This document shows positions 20,535 through 28,668 of a DNA stretch of 64,000 nucleotides, piece by piece; the stretch's first letter is position 1; every line of letters begins with the position of its first letter. The stretch lies in assembly GCA_047150005.1 (NCBI GenBank), contig AP038806.1:928001-992000 (forward strand). Reading direction: 5' to 3'. Below the pieces are notes generated by a model. It did no database searches and was not told where the DNA came from. It saw only the letters and a list, made by a program, of their open reading frames with translations. The DNA is from Nitrospira sp. (GTDB lineage Bacteria; Nitrospirota; Nitrospiria; Nitrospirales; Nitrospiraceae). The position numbers were made by a program, and so were the translations under genes.

Positions 20535-20580
20535 GTGCCGAGTTATTCGTTCCTGAACTGAACACTGAAAATTCAGAACT
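20513..20580. repeat. Degenerate heptamer arrays at the ATP-grasp/glutaredoxin junction
   Basis: gtgctcagtgctgaggtatgagtgccgag ... aactgaacactgaaaattcagaact. Confidence 0.6.
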
Positions 20581-20587
20581 ACCAACT

Positions 20588-20842
20588 ATGGCTCTGATAC
20601 TGTTTCACGTCGATTGGTGTCCGGAGTGTGAAGTGGTGCGTCGCAAGCTCGAGGAGGCGGGCCTGGCCTACGAGAGCGTCATCGTTCCCGATGTCCGGCC
20701 GTTCCGCAAGCAGGTCTTCGAGGCGTCCGGACAATACTATGTCCCGGTCCTGAAGGACGGCGACAGGGTGCTGACGGAAACCGATGAGATACTGGCCTAT
20801 ATCGAGAGCAAGGCCGAGGCGAATCGTCTTGCCCAACGCTGA
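20588..20842 (+). CDS. Glutaredoxin/GST-N domain protein
   Basis: WCPEC...SGQYYVPVLKDG. Confidence 0.8.
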   Translation: MALILFHVDWCPECEVVRRKLEEAGLAYESVIVPDVRPFRKQVFEASGQYYVPVLKDGDRVLTETDEILAYIESKAEANRLAQR

Positions 20843-20937
20843 GGCGCCCGTCGGCCCCCGCACCGGCGTGACGAGATCGGGCGAACACGGGGGCGGAGCC
20901 GGCCTCGGCAATCACCTGCGAACGAGGGAGTGAGTCG

Positions 20938-22152
20938 ATGGAGGAATGGAGACGGATCCTCGCTGACAGCATCGTCAAGCCGAAGGATCTCGCCGATCGC
21001 TTCGGCCTCGATGCCAAGGAGATCGAAGACATCGTCGGCCCCTATCCCATGCGGATCACGCCCACGGTGTTGAACACCATCCGGGCGAAAGACGACGCGA
21101 TCTGGAAACAGGTCATCCCGGACGCGGCCGAACTGGCCGACATCGACGCGGAGGACGACCCGCTCGAAGAAGACCTCATGAGCCCGGTGCCGCACCTGGT
21201 GCACCGGTATCCGGACCGTGTGCTCCTCATGGTGACCAATCAATGCCCGATCTACTGCCGCTTCTGCACGCGCAAGCGCCTGGTCGGCAAACCCGGGTTT
21301 CTCAAGAAAGGCGAACTGGATCGGGCCGTCGCCTACCTGCGCGCTCATTCGGAAGTACGGGATGTCATCCTCTCCGGCGGCGATCCGTTGCTGTTGCCGG
21401 ACCACCTGCTCGAACGCATCTTGAAGGCGCTCCGGACGATCCCGCATCTGGAGTTGATCCGCATCGGCTCCCGGGTGCCCGGCACGCTCCCCGAGCGGAT
21501 CACGCCGGCCCTGTGCGAGATCGTGAAGCGATATCATCCGATCTACATGAATCTGCACTTCAACCATCCCGACGAGTTGACCCCGGCGGTCAAGGCGGCC
21601 TGCGGCCGTCTGGCCGACGCGGGGGTTCCGCTGGGCGCCCAAACCGTGCTCCTCAAGGACGTCAACGACGATCCGGAAATCATGCGTCGCCTCGTCCATC
21701 AATTGCTGCTGGCCCGGGTGAAACCGTATTATCTCTACCAGGCGGACCTGACCAAAGGCACGAATCATTTTCGCACCACGGTCGAGACGGGGTTGAACAT
21801 CATCAAGACGCTTCAAGGCCACACCAGCGGAATGGCCGTGCCGCACTTCGTGATCGACGCGCCGGGCGGCGGCGGCAAGATTCCGTTGCTCCCGGACGAC
21901 TATCTGGTCCGCTTGAACGACGACGAGGCCGTGCTCCGCAACTACGAGAACAAGAGCTTCCGCTATCCGCAGCCGAAAGAGGCGGGGGGCTCCTTCGACA
22001 TGGCTCGGGACAGACGCGAATTGCCGATGGTCGGCGCGCGCGCCTCATCTCAGGACACGACCGACATCTTCGCGACCTGCGGCGACAGCTATCTCGATCG
22101 CGACGGCTATGCCGCGTGGGGCAACAGCTGCGGCGGCGATATGGACGACTAA
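20938..22152 (+). CDS. KamA family radical SAM aminomutase (lysine 2,3-aminomutase-like)
   Basis: HRYPDRVL, CPIYCRFCTRKR, SGGDPL, PYYLYQ and DAPGGGGKIP motifs. Confidence 0.92.
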   Translation: MEEWRRILADSIVKPKDLADRFGLDAKEIEDIVGPYPMRITPTVLNTIRAKDDAIWKQVIPDAAELADIDAEDDPLEEDLMSPVPHLVHRYPDRVLLMVTNQCPIYCRFCTRKRLVGKPGFLKKGELDRAVAYLRAHSEVRDVILSGGDPLLLPDHLLERILKALRTIPHLELIRIGSRVPGTLPERITPALCEIVKRYHPIYMNLHFNHPDELTPAVKAACGRLADAGVPLGAQTVLLKDVNDDPEIMRRLVHQLLLARVKPYYLYQADLTKGTNHFRTTVETGLNIIKTLQGHTSGMAVPHFVIDAPGGGGKIPLLPDDYLVRLNDDEAVLRNYENKSFRYPQPKEAGGSFDMARDRRELPMVGARASSQDTTDIFATCGDSYLDRDGYAAWGNSCGGDMDD

Positions 22153-23306
22153 TGACCGCGGCTTCGGCTCAGGGCATCCTGCCCTACCAACAGATCACGC
22201 GATTGATCACCGGGGGCAGCATCACCGCGCCCCTTCCGATCGAGGACCGGCAGATTCAACCGGCCAGCCTCGACCTCCGCCTGGGCAAGAAAGCCTATCG
22301 GTTGATCAGCAGTTTCCTGCCCGAGTTGTCGCCCATTTCCAGCCGCCTCGACGTGATGGACTTCTACCACTCCGACCTCGTGATGTACGAGATGGACCTG
22401 AGCGGGGGCGCGATCCTCGAGAAAGGCCATGTCTATCTCGTGCCGCTGTTGGAATCTCTCACGCTGCCGAAGACGCTGCGGGCACGGGCCAACCCCAAGA
22501 GCACCACCGGCCGGCTCGACGTGTTCACACGCATCGTCACCGACCTCAACACCGGCTTCGACGAGATCCGAGCCGGTTATCACGGCCCCCTGTTCCTTGA
22601 AGTGGTGCCTCGTTCGTTCGCCATCAAAGTCAAGACCGGGCAGAGCCTCAACCAGATTCGTTTCATCCGCGGCGAGGCGACGGCGCCCGACGCGGCGCTT
22701 CAGCGCCTGCACCGGCAGGAGCCGCTGCTCTATCACAACATGCCCAAGCGCAAGGCCGTGGCCGCCAGGGAATTCCGCACCGATCACGGTCTGTTCCTCC
22801 GCATCGACCTCAAGGGAGAGGAGCGAACGGGCGATGTCGTCATCGGCTATCGGGCGAAAAAAAACAGCCATGTCATCGACCTCTCCAAGGTCGGCTACTA
22901 TGCGGCCGCCGACTTCTGGGAACCCCTGCACCGGCACCGCCAGGACAGCCTGCTGCTGGAGCCGGAGGAGTTCTATATTCTGGCCTCCAAAGAGCGCATC
23001 TGTGTCCCGCCGGATTATGCGGCCGAAATGGTGGCCTACGAAGCGGCGTGCGGCGAACTGCGCACCCACTATGCCGGCTTTTTCGATCCGGGCTTCGGAT
23101 ACGGAGCCGACGGCGAAATCGCCGGCACGCAGGTCGTGTTGGAGGTGCGCCCCCACGACGTACCCTTCCTGATCCACGACGGCCAGACCTTCTTCAAGGT
23201 CATCTATGATCGCATGATCGACGTGCCGAACCGCCTCTACGGCGTCGGCCTGGGCTCGTCCTATCAGCAACAGGCCCTCACCCTTAGCAAGCATTTCAAG
23301 GTATAG
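22152..23306 (+). CDS. dcd: 2'-deoxycytidine 5'-triphosphate deaminase (long form)
   Basis: IQPASLDLRLG, ANPKSTTGRLD, HYAGFFDPGFG, LEVRPHDVPF; TAATG overlap with KamA. Confidence 0.9.
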   Translation: MTAASAQGILPYQQITRLITGGSITAPLPIEDRQIQPASLDLRLGKKAYRLISSFLPELSPISSRLDVMDFYHSDLVMYEMDLSGGAILEKGHVYLVPLLESLTLPKTLRARANPKSTTGRLDVFTRIVTDLNTGFDEIRAGYHGPLFLEVVPRSFAIKVKTGQSLNQIRFIRGEATAPDAALQRLHRQEPLLYHNMPKRKAVAAREFRTDHGLFLRIDLKGEERTGDVVIGYRAKKNSHVIDLSKVGYYAAADFWEPLHRHRQDSLLLEPEEFYILASKERICVPPDYAAEMVAYEAACGELRTHYAGFFDPGFGYGADGEIAGTQVVLEVRPHDVPFLIHDGQTFFKVIYDRMIDVPNRLYGVGLGSSYQQQALTLSKHFKV

Positions 23307-23320
23307 TGCAAGGTAGAACC

Positions 23321-23734
23321 ATGGCACCGACCGATCTCCCGACCCATCAATCTGACGACCAGCCATCCCGTCCCGACAACGGGCGCCGGCATGAGCAGGA
23401 CAGCGGCAGCGACACGCAACTGCACGTGGTCGGCGTCATGATCGGCACCGCGCTCATGTTCATCGGCTTTCTGAACATATTCCTGTCGATCAGCGGCGGC
23501 TTCGAGATCAACGTGGTGCCATTCCTGATCTACTTCGGAGGGCTCGCCGTATGGGCCAATGCCGCCATCGAGCTTCCCATGCTCCGGTACGGCGTGATCG
23601 CCTGCGCCCTCGCCTTGGCGCTCGCATTCTTCCACTATGGAGAGGTGCTGTTCTGGCACAAGCAGGTCGTATTCTGGGCCACGGTGGTGATCGTCATGTA
23701 TTTCATGTTCAATGAGCCGAAAAAGCCCGCGTGA
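23321..23734 (+). CDS. Small membrane protein
   Basis: ORF with four hydrophobic segments. Confidence 0.7.
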   Translation: MAPTDLPTHQSDDQPSRPDNGRRHEQDSGSDTQLHVVGVMIGTALMFIGFLNIFLSISGGFEINVVPFLIYFGGLAVWANAAIELPMLRYGVIACALALALAFFHYGEVLFWHKQVVFWATVVIVMYFMFNEPKKPA

Positions 23735-24479
23735 GAGCGGCGCGCCTTCTGACGTGCCCTCGGACCCACCCCCGTCCATTTCGGTCATCATCCCGACTCT
23801 CAACGAAGCTGAGACGATCCGCGATACGTTGCTCGCCACGGCCTGTCTCGGCTTCCGGGAGATCATCGTCGTCGACGCCGGCAGCACCGATCGTACGAGA
23901 GACATCGTGGCCGAGACGACATCCGATCTTCGCCGAACGGGATCGGCCGCAGTCCTCCTTCTAACCTCCATGCCGGGACGCGCCGTTCAGCTCAATACCG
24001 GCGCGCAGGCGGCCGGCGGCGAGGTCCTGCTCTTTCTCCACGCGGACACCCGCCTTCCATCACAGGCCAAGATCTCCATCGAAACGGCTCTGGCGGGTCG
24101 TCCGGCCGTCGGGGGCCGGTTCGACGTGCAATTTGACATCCCCTCCGGTTGGGGCTATGTGATCAGCGCACTGATGAACCTGCGCTCGCGCCTGACCCGT
24201 ATCTCCACCGGCGATCAGGCCCTGTTCGTGCGCAAGGCGGTATTCGAAGAGGTGGGCGGCTTTCCCGAGATCCCGCTGATGGAGGACATCGAATTCAGCG
24301 CCAGATTGAAGCGCCGCGGACGAATCGTCGCGTTGCGCGACGTCGTCACCACGTCGTACCGGCGGTGGCGGCGGCGCGGCCCGCTGAGAACGATCACGCT
24401 GATGTGGATCCTCCGATTCCTGTATTGGGCCGGCGTCAATCCGCACCGTCTCGCGCGCTGGTATCCAGCAGTGCGATGA
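23712..24479 (+). CDS. GT2 glycosyltransferase, TIGR04283-like
   Basis: SVIIPTLNEA, VDAGSTD, FLHADT, GDQALF, PLMEDIE; start uncertain. Confidence 0.85.
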   Translation: MSRKSPRESGAPSDVPSDPPPSISVIIPTLNEAETIRDTLLATACLGFREIIVVDAGSTDRTRDIVAETTSDLRRTGSAAVLLLTSMPGRAVQLNTGAQAAGGEVLLFLHADTRLPSQAKISIETALAGRPAVGGRFDVQFDIPSGWGYVISALMNLRSRLTRISTGDQALFVRKAVFEEVGGFPEIPLMEDIEFSARLKRRGRIVALRDVVTTSYRRWRRRGPLRTITLMWILRFLYWAGVNPHRLARWYPAVR

Positions 24480-24484
24480 ATGGG

Positions 24485-24535
24485 GGCTGAGGAAGTGCTG
24501 AGCCCTGAGTGCTGAGTTGTGAGTAATGAATGATG
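24485..24535 (+). repeat. Heptamer GTGCTGA array between glycosyltransferase genes
   Basis: gtgctgagccctgagtgctgagttgtgagtaatgaatgatg. Confidence 0.75.
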
Positions 24536-25294
24536 GGAAAGCCATCGGACATCCGTCCCGGGTCACAGGTTGTACAGGCCGAGAACGCCCTGGTCATTTT
24601 CGCCAAGGCTCCCATCGCCGGAGAGGTCAAGACTCGCCTCTGCCCGCCCCTGACGCATGACGAAGCGGCGACGCTGCACGGCAGCTTCGTGCTGGACATG
24701 CTGGAGCGGACCAAGGCCGCTATGGAGCGCTGGAAGCTCCCGTTCGATCGCTATCTCGCCTGCGCTCCATCGTCCCAACACGTCTTCTTCAAGATTCTGG
24801 AGGAGCGGCATCGCGTACGCCTGATCGATCAGCTCGGGGCCGATCTCGGCGCACGCATGCGTGAAGCCTGCAGTGCGACGTTCGACCGCGGGCACAAACG
24901 TCTCGTCCTGGTGGGGACCGACGTGCCCACCCTGCCGCTGGAGCATTACCGGAAGGCGGCGGCGCTGCTGGAAGGGCATGACGTCGTGCTGGGTCCCGCA
25001 TGGGACGGGGGATACTATCTGCTGGGATTGTCCAAGCGGGCAGACGGACTGTTCGACGACATCCCCTGGTCCGCCGATCGTGTCTTCCGGCTGACCTGCG
25101 AGAGAGCCGAATCCCTGGGCCTTCGCGTCGCCTGTCTGCCGGAATGGCGCGACGTCGATACGATCGACGATCTGATTATGCTCATCGAGGCCGGCGCCCG
25201 CGACATGACCCTGCCGAAGGCGGAGCGACAGTTCTCCGCCCGCACCGCCGGAACGCTGCAACTGCTCGCCAAACGGATTCGATCACGGGCATAA
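24530..25294 (+). CDS. DUF2064/TIGR04282-like glycosyltransferase
   Basis: FAKAPIAGEVKTRL, DLGARM, GTDVP, GPAWDGGYYLLG, DVDTIDDL. Confidence 0.85.
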   Translation: MMGKPSDIRPGSQVVQAENALVIFAKAPIAGEVKTRLCPPLTHDEAATLHGSFVLDMLERTKAAMERWKLPFDRYLACAPSSQHVFFKILEERHRVRLIDQLGADLGARMREACSATFDRGHKRLVLVGTDVPTLPLEHYRKAAALLEGHDVVLGPAWDGGYYLLGLSKRADGLFDDIPWSADRVFRLTCERAESLGLRVACLPEWRDVDTIDDLIMLIEAGARDMTLPKAERQFSARTAGTLQLLAKRIRSRA

Positions 25295-25304
25295 TAGGCT
25301 CGCT

Positions 25305-26039
25305 ATGACTCATCGGGTCGCTCTCATCACCGGCGGGGCGAAAGGTATCGGACGCGGAATCGCGCTGGACCTTGCCGCGCAACAGTGGCATGTCGCCATT
25401 TGCTATCGTACAAGCGCGGCGGAAGCGGAGGAGACGGCCCGGGCCATCGAAGCACGGGGCGGCCGAGCCCTGACCCGTCGCTGCGACGTGTCCGATCCCG
25501 CGGCGGCCCGCGAGTTCGCCGCCACGGTCGAGAAGGAATGGGGACGCATCGATGCGCTGATCAACGGCGCCGGCCCCTACCATCGCGTGAACCTGTTCGA
25601 GGAGACGGTCGAGGGCTGGAACGAGATGTTCGACGGCAATCTCCATCCCATCTTCTACCTCGCACAGGCGATCGCTCCAGGCATGAAAGCCAGAAAGTAC
25701 GGCCGCATCATCACCTTCAGCATGGCGAACACGGAGCAAATGGTCTCGCAACCGGACGTCACCGCCCACTATATCGCCAAGGCGGGCGTCCTCATGCTGA
25801 CCAGGACGCTGGCAAAACTCTTGGCGCCACACGGCATCACGGTCAACGCCATCTCGCCCGGCTTCATCGACTCCGGCAGCGCGCCTCCGGAAGAACTGGC
25901 GGGCATGGCCAAACGGATTCCGGCGGGGCATATCGGCACCGTCGGCGATATCGTGGCCGCCGTCCGTTTTCTGCTGAGCGACGAAGCCCGGTACGTCAAC
26001 GGAGCCAACGTTCAGATCAGCGGAGCCTGGGGAATTTAG
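25305..26039 (+). CDS. SDR family oxidoreductase
   Basis: TGGAKGIG, YIAK (YxxxK), VNAISPG. Confidence 0.9.
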   Translation: MTHRVALITGGAKGIGRGIALDLAAQQWHVAICYRTSAAEAEETARAIEARGGRALTRRCDVSDPAAAREFAATVEKEWGRIDALINGAGPYHRVNLFEETVEGWNEMFDGNLHPIFYLAQAIAPGMKARKYGRIITFSMANTEQMVSQPDVTAHYIAKAGVLMLTRTLAKLLAPHGITVNAISPGFIDSGSAPPEELAGMAKRIPAGHIGTVGDIVAAVRFLLSDEARYVNGANVQISGAWGI

Positions 26040-26111
26040 GATGGAAGCAGTTCAATGTGCGCAACATCAAACCACGTCGGATGCCCCGACAGGGACAGGA
26101 GGGACACGTAC

Positions 26112-26516
26112 ATGAAGACCGAGCAGGAGCGGTCGGCTCACCGCCGGTTCGTGCAGGCGCTGCAACACGAACATCTGACCTGTGCCCGTCCGGACTGCGG
26201 AGGCCCGATGGACGTGACCGATCTGACCGCGCACCATGCCGGCGTGAAGACGTATCAGGCCGAATGCGAACGGTGCCATACCGTCGAGTCCATCACCGGC
26301 GAGCCGCAAACTTCTCCCTCCTGGGACGTCGCCTCGATCACCATGATGGCCGAGATGCACCTGCTGCACGATCAACCGACCTGCCCTTTCGACGATACCC
26401 CCATTACCTTCACTTCCATGCCCAATCCCAGACGCAAAGCGCGGTACCGCCTTTCCTGCTTTTATTGCGGCAGACATACGGAGATGAACTGGCCCCCTCC
26501 CGAAGCCAAACGGTAA
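26112..26516 (+). CDS. Cys-rich hypothetical protein (putative double zinc ribbon)
   Basis: CARPDC, CERC, CPFD, CFYC; GGAGG RBS. Confidence 0.7.
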   Translation: MKTEQERSAHRRFVQALQHEHLTCARPDCGGPMDVTDLTAHHAGVKTYQAECERCHTVESITGEPQTSPSWDVASITMMAEMHLLHDQPTCPFDDTPITFTSMPNPRRKARYRLSCFYCGRHTEMNWPPPEAKR

Positions 26517-26530
26517 AACCGCAACGTTCT

Positions 26531-26559
26531 CTCCCTGGACTGTCTACCTTTCCAGGGAG
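26531..26559. terminator. Hairpin, probable terminator at the end of the operon
   Basis: CTCCCTGGA...TCCAGGGAG perfect 9-bp stem. Confidence 0.5.
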
Positions 26560-26602
26560 CGTACACTTCCCCGTTCGTCATGGACTCATGTTTGGAAATT
26601 CC

Positions 26603-26631
26603 GTCATTCCCGCGAACGCGGGATTCCAGGC
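26603..26631 (+). repeat. GTCATTCCCGCG..GCGGGAwTCCA palindromic element, copy 1
   Basis: gtcattcccgcgaacgcgggattccaggc; related copies at 38526 (inverted) and 39667. Confidence 0.8.
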
Positions 26632-26637
26632 CAAATT

Positions 26638-26883
26638 TCAAAGAATCCCTTCCCCCCGCCCTTCGCCCACGCCGGAGGAGGAACGCCCGTTTTGAACCGG
26701 CCCAAATTCCCAAACGCGCACTGATTTGCCTCGGGCGCGCAAGACCGGTGCGGCCATCTGTTGCATCCGGATGACAGCCCGCACTTTTTCCGGAAACGGC
26801 AACGCCGCAAGTTTCTTCCGCCGTTGTTGTTTGGCACGAAACAACGTTTCAATCTCGGGTTTCAAGCGGTCCATTCTTTCCAC
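26638..26883 (-). CDS. Small hypothetical protein downstream of a nucleotidyltransferase-like fragment
   Basis: RRKKLAALPFPEKVRAVIRMQ; overlaps the end of the upstream fragment. Confidence 0.55.
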   Translation of the reverse strand: MERMDRLKPEIETLFRAKQQRRKKLAALPFPEKVRAVIRMQQMAAPVLRARGKSVRVWEFGPVQNGRSSSGVGEGRGEGIL

Positions 26884-27040
26884 TTCCCTTCCAGTTGATG
26901 CCGGCGGAGAATTTCGCTGAGATACTCTGAGTCCAGATCAGCCTCTTCTTGCAGAATCCGCACCCGCTCGCGATCCTTCGCCCGCCCTGTCTGAAGGCAG
27001 ATGGCCACGAGATGCTCCGCCCGGAGCACTTTTTCGCCCA
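26862..27040 (-). pseudogene. C-terminal remnant of a nucleotidyltransferase-like gene
   Basis: AEHLVAICLQTGRAKDRERV C-terminal motif; 5' part replaced by the repeat at about 27050. Confidence 0.55.
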
Positions 27041-27049
27041 GAAAAAGAT

Positions 27050-27098
27050 TCCCGGCACCTTTCTCTGCCTGAGTGACGTAGAAAACCAGAATGTCCCC
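27050..27098. repeat. Direct repeat copy 1 (CCCGGYACCTTT...TGAGTGACGTAGAAAACCAGAATGTCCCC)
   Basis: 27070-27098 is identical to 27796-27824 over 29 bp. Confidence 0.85.
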
Positions 27099-27215
27099 CC
27101 GTTTTTTCTCCCCTGAATACCTTTTCAGTCCCTCGCTCATCTCGGTGTCGACTATCACAAGAAAAAACACCCGGTACCTTTTCCGGTTCCGTCGCCTGAT
27201 TAACAAGCCATCCAT

Positions 27216-27430
27216 TCAGCGCAGCTTCCGATAGACCTCTCGTCTATGGCGGATGTAGTGAATCGTAATCTTGGCAAGCTCACGGTCGACTTCGTAGACA
27301 ACACGATAGTCTCCGACGCGAAGCCGATAGAGCCGCTCCGCACCATGGAGTTTGACGGATTGAGAAGCGAATGGATCACTTGGTAAGCGGTCGATTCGAT
27401 CGAGAAGGCGGGACGCTACTGCCGACTGAT
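27216..27430 (-). pseudogene. RelE/ParE toxin, 5'-truncated
   Basis: Manual translation DRIDRLPSDPF..SVKLHGAERLYRLRVGDYRVVYEVD..IRHRREVYRKLR*; no start codon. Confidence 0.8.
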
Positions 27431-27591
27431 CCTTCCTGCCGTCGTTCTGCCACCATCGCCAGATCGTGAAGATCTTCCATCAGCTGCGAGAACCGCCTTA
27501 GGGACAGGACCACTCCCGTCCTTTTTCCCGCGCGGTTCGTCACGTAACGTCCCTTCGTAGGAGTCGTCTTCGAAGATCGTTTCGCAAGCAT
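27376..27591 (-). pseudogene. Antitoxin, 3'-truncated and joined to toxin DNA
   Basis: YVTNRAGKRTGVVLSLRRFSQLMEDLHDLAMVAERRQE, then runs out of frame into the relE sequence. Confidence 0.6.
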
Positions 27592-27773
27592 GGATAACCA
27601 CCTCCACGGACTCACTATCAGCCAAATTCCTGGCCTGAGTATATCAGACTTGGCTCAATAAACGCATGCAGATCCGTCGAGAGGAAACTCGTTTCAGGCA
27701 GGTAAATGGCGGTATTTTGCCATGTGTCACTCGTAAGGATGCCCACCGCTCTTTCTGTGCAGCGGAAACAGAC

Positions 27774-27824
27774 TCCCGGTACCTTTTCGGGTTCTTGAGT
27801 GACGTAGAAAACCAGAATGTCCCC
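27774..27824. repeat. Direct repeat copy 2
   Basis: tcccggtaccttttcgggttcttgagtgacgtagaaaaccagaatgtcccc. Confidence 0.85.
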
Positions 27825-27959
27825 GTTTTTCCCCCTCCGCGTCATAGGTGAGCCAGACGGCGTGCTGCGGCGCTCGGCTTACGGCCGGAATCAGTTTTAA
27901 GTATTCCTGAATGTCTGCGAGAATAACGTCTTGTTTGCCCCTGTCCGGCCGGCGATTCG

Positions 27960-28295
27960 TCACTCGACAGTCCACCGGCCGTGCGCCTTGATCGCATCGT
28001 ACATGGCATCGGGAGCCAGATCGGCGCCATTGGTCCATTGCACGGCGCCCATTACCACCCTCACCTGACTGAAGACGCTTGGGTCGCGGAGTGGCTCAAA
28101 CACCGTTCCTGTCGTCTGAGGACCACTCAGAAAGTTCCGCATGTCCACCTCACCCGTGGTGTCATCGACAAACGCAACCCGTAACGAGAACTCGGGCATC
28201 GCGCTCACGGAAACAACCCGCCAAGGCACAACATGCCGGATGGCCGGTTCTACGTCAGAGGGTCGATCGGTTTTGGAGTTTTGAGTTGGCTGCAT
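27960..28295 (-). CDS. DUF2442 domain protein
   Basis: LRVAFVDDTTGEVDM...FEPLRDPSVF...WTNGADLAPDAMY. Confidence 0.85.
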   Translation of the reverse strand: MQPTQNSKTDRPSDVEPAIRHVVPWRVVSVSAMPEFSLRVAFVDDTTGEVDMRNFLSGPQTTGTVFEPLRDPSVFSQVRVVMGAVQWTNGADLAPDAMYDAIKAHGRWTVE

Positions 28296-28510
28296 AAATT
28301 CCAGTCCTCCATCAGTTCGTCTCGATGATCGGTCGCCCATTCCAGGACAAGCGCCATGGCACGACGGGGCAGCGTTCCTCGCAAGACGCGTAAATCGCGC
28401 ACATCGAAAACCGCCTCGTGCTCGCCATAAAGCGCATGGAAATGCGGTGGATTGTGATCTCGCCAAAACATTTGAATCACGATGCCATAGAAAACACTGA
28501 TCGTCGGCAT
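28250..28510 (-). CDS. DUF4160 domain protein
   Basis: MPTISVFYGIVIQM..DHNPPHFHALYG...ELMEDW. Confidence 0.9.
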   Translation of the reverse strand: MPTISVFYGIVIQMFWRDHNPPHFHALYGEHEAVFDVRDLRVLRGTLPRRAMALVLEWATDHRDELMEDWNLCSQLKTPKPIDPLT

Positions 28511-28668
28511 GGACAGCCCCTACTCCGATCTGGATCTTGGTCAAGTACCTTCCAACCCTAGGTTCTGCTGCCCCGGCTGGGCCGGAGCTTTATGCAGAAT
28601 AGGTTCACCATGCTTGCTTTTCAAGGCAGTGGCCATCCCCTTCCCCGTCTCTTGCCACGGCATCAAAC

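Noticed and set aside
22020..22152. KamA C-terminal tail as a fused RiPP precursor
   Set aside because: The enzyme is aminomutase-type with no SPASM or RRE domain, and the tail is partly repeat-derived.
21243..23306. 687-aa ORF as a long dcd fusion
   Set aside because: Its first ~300 codons are an alternative frame of KamA; dcd starts at 22152 through a TAATG overlap.
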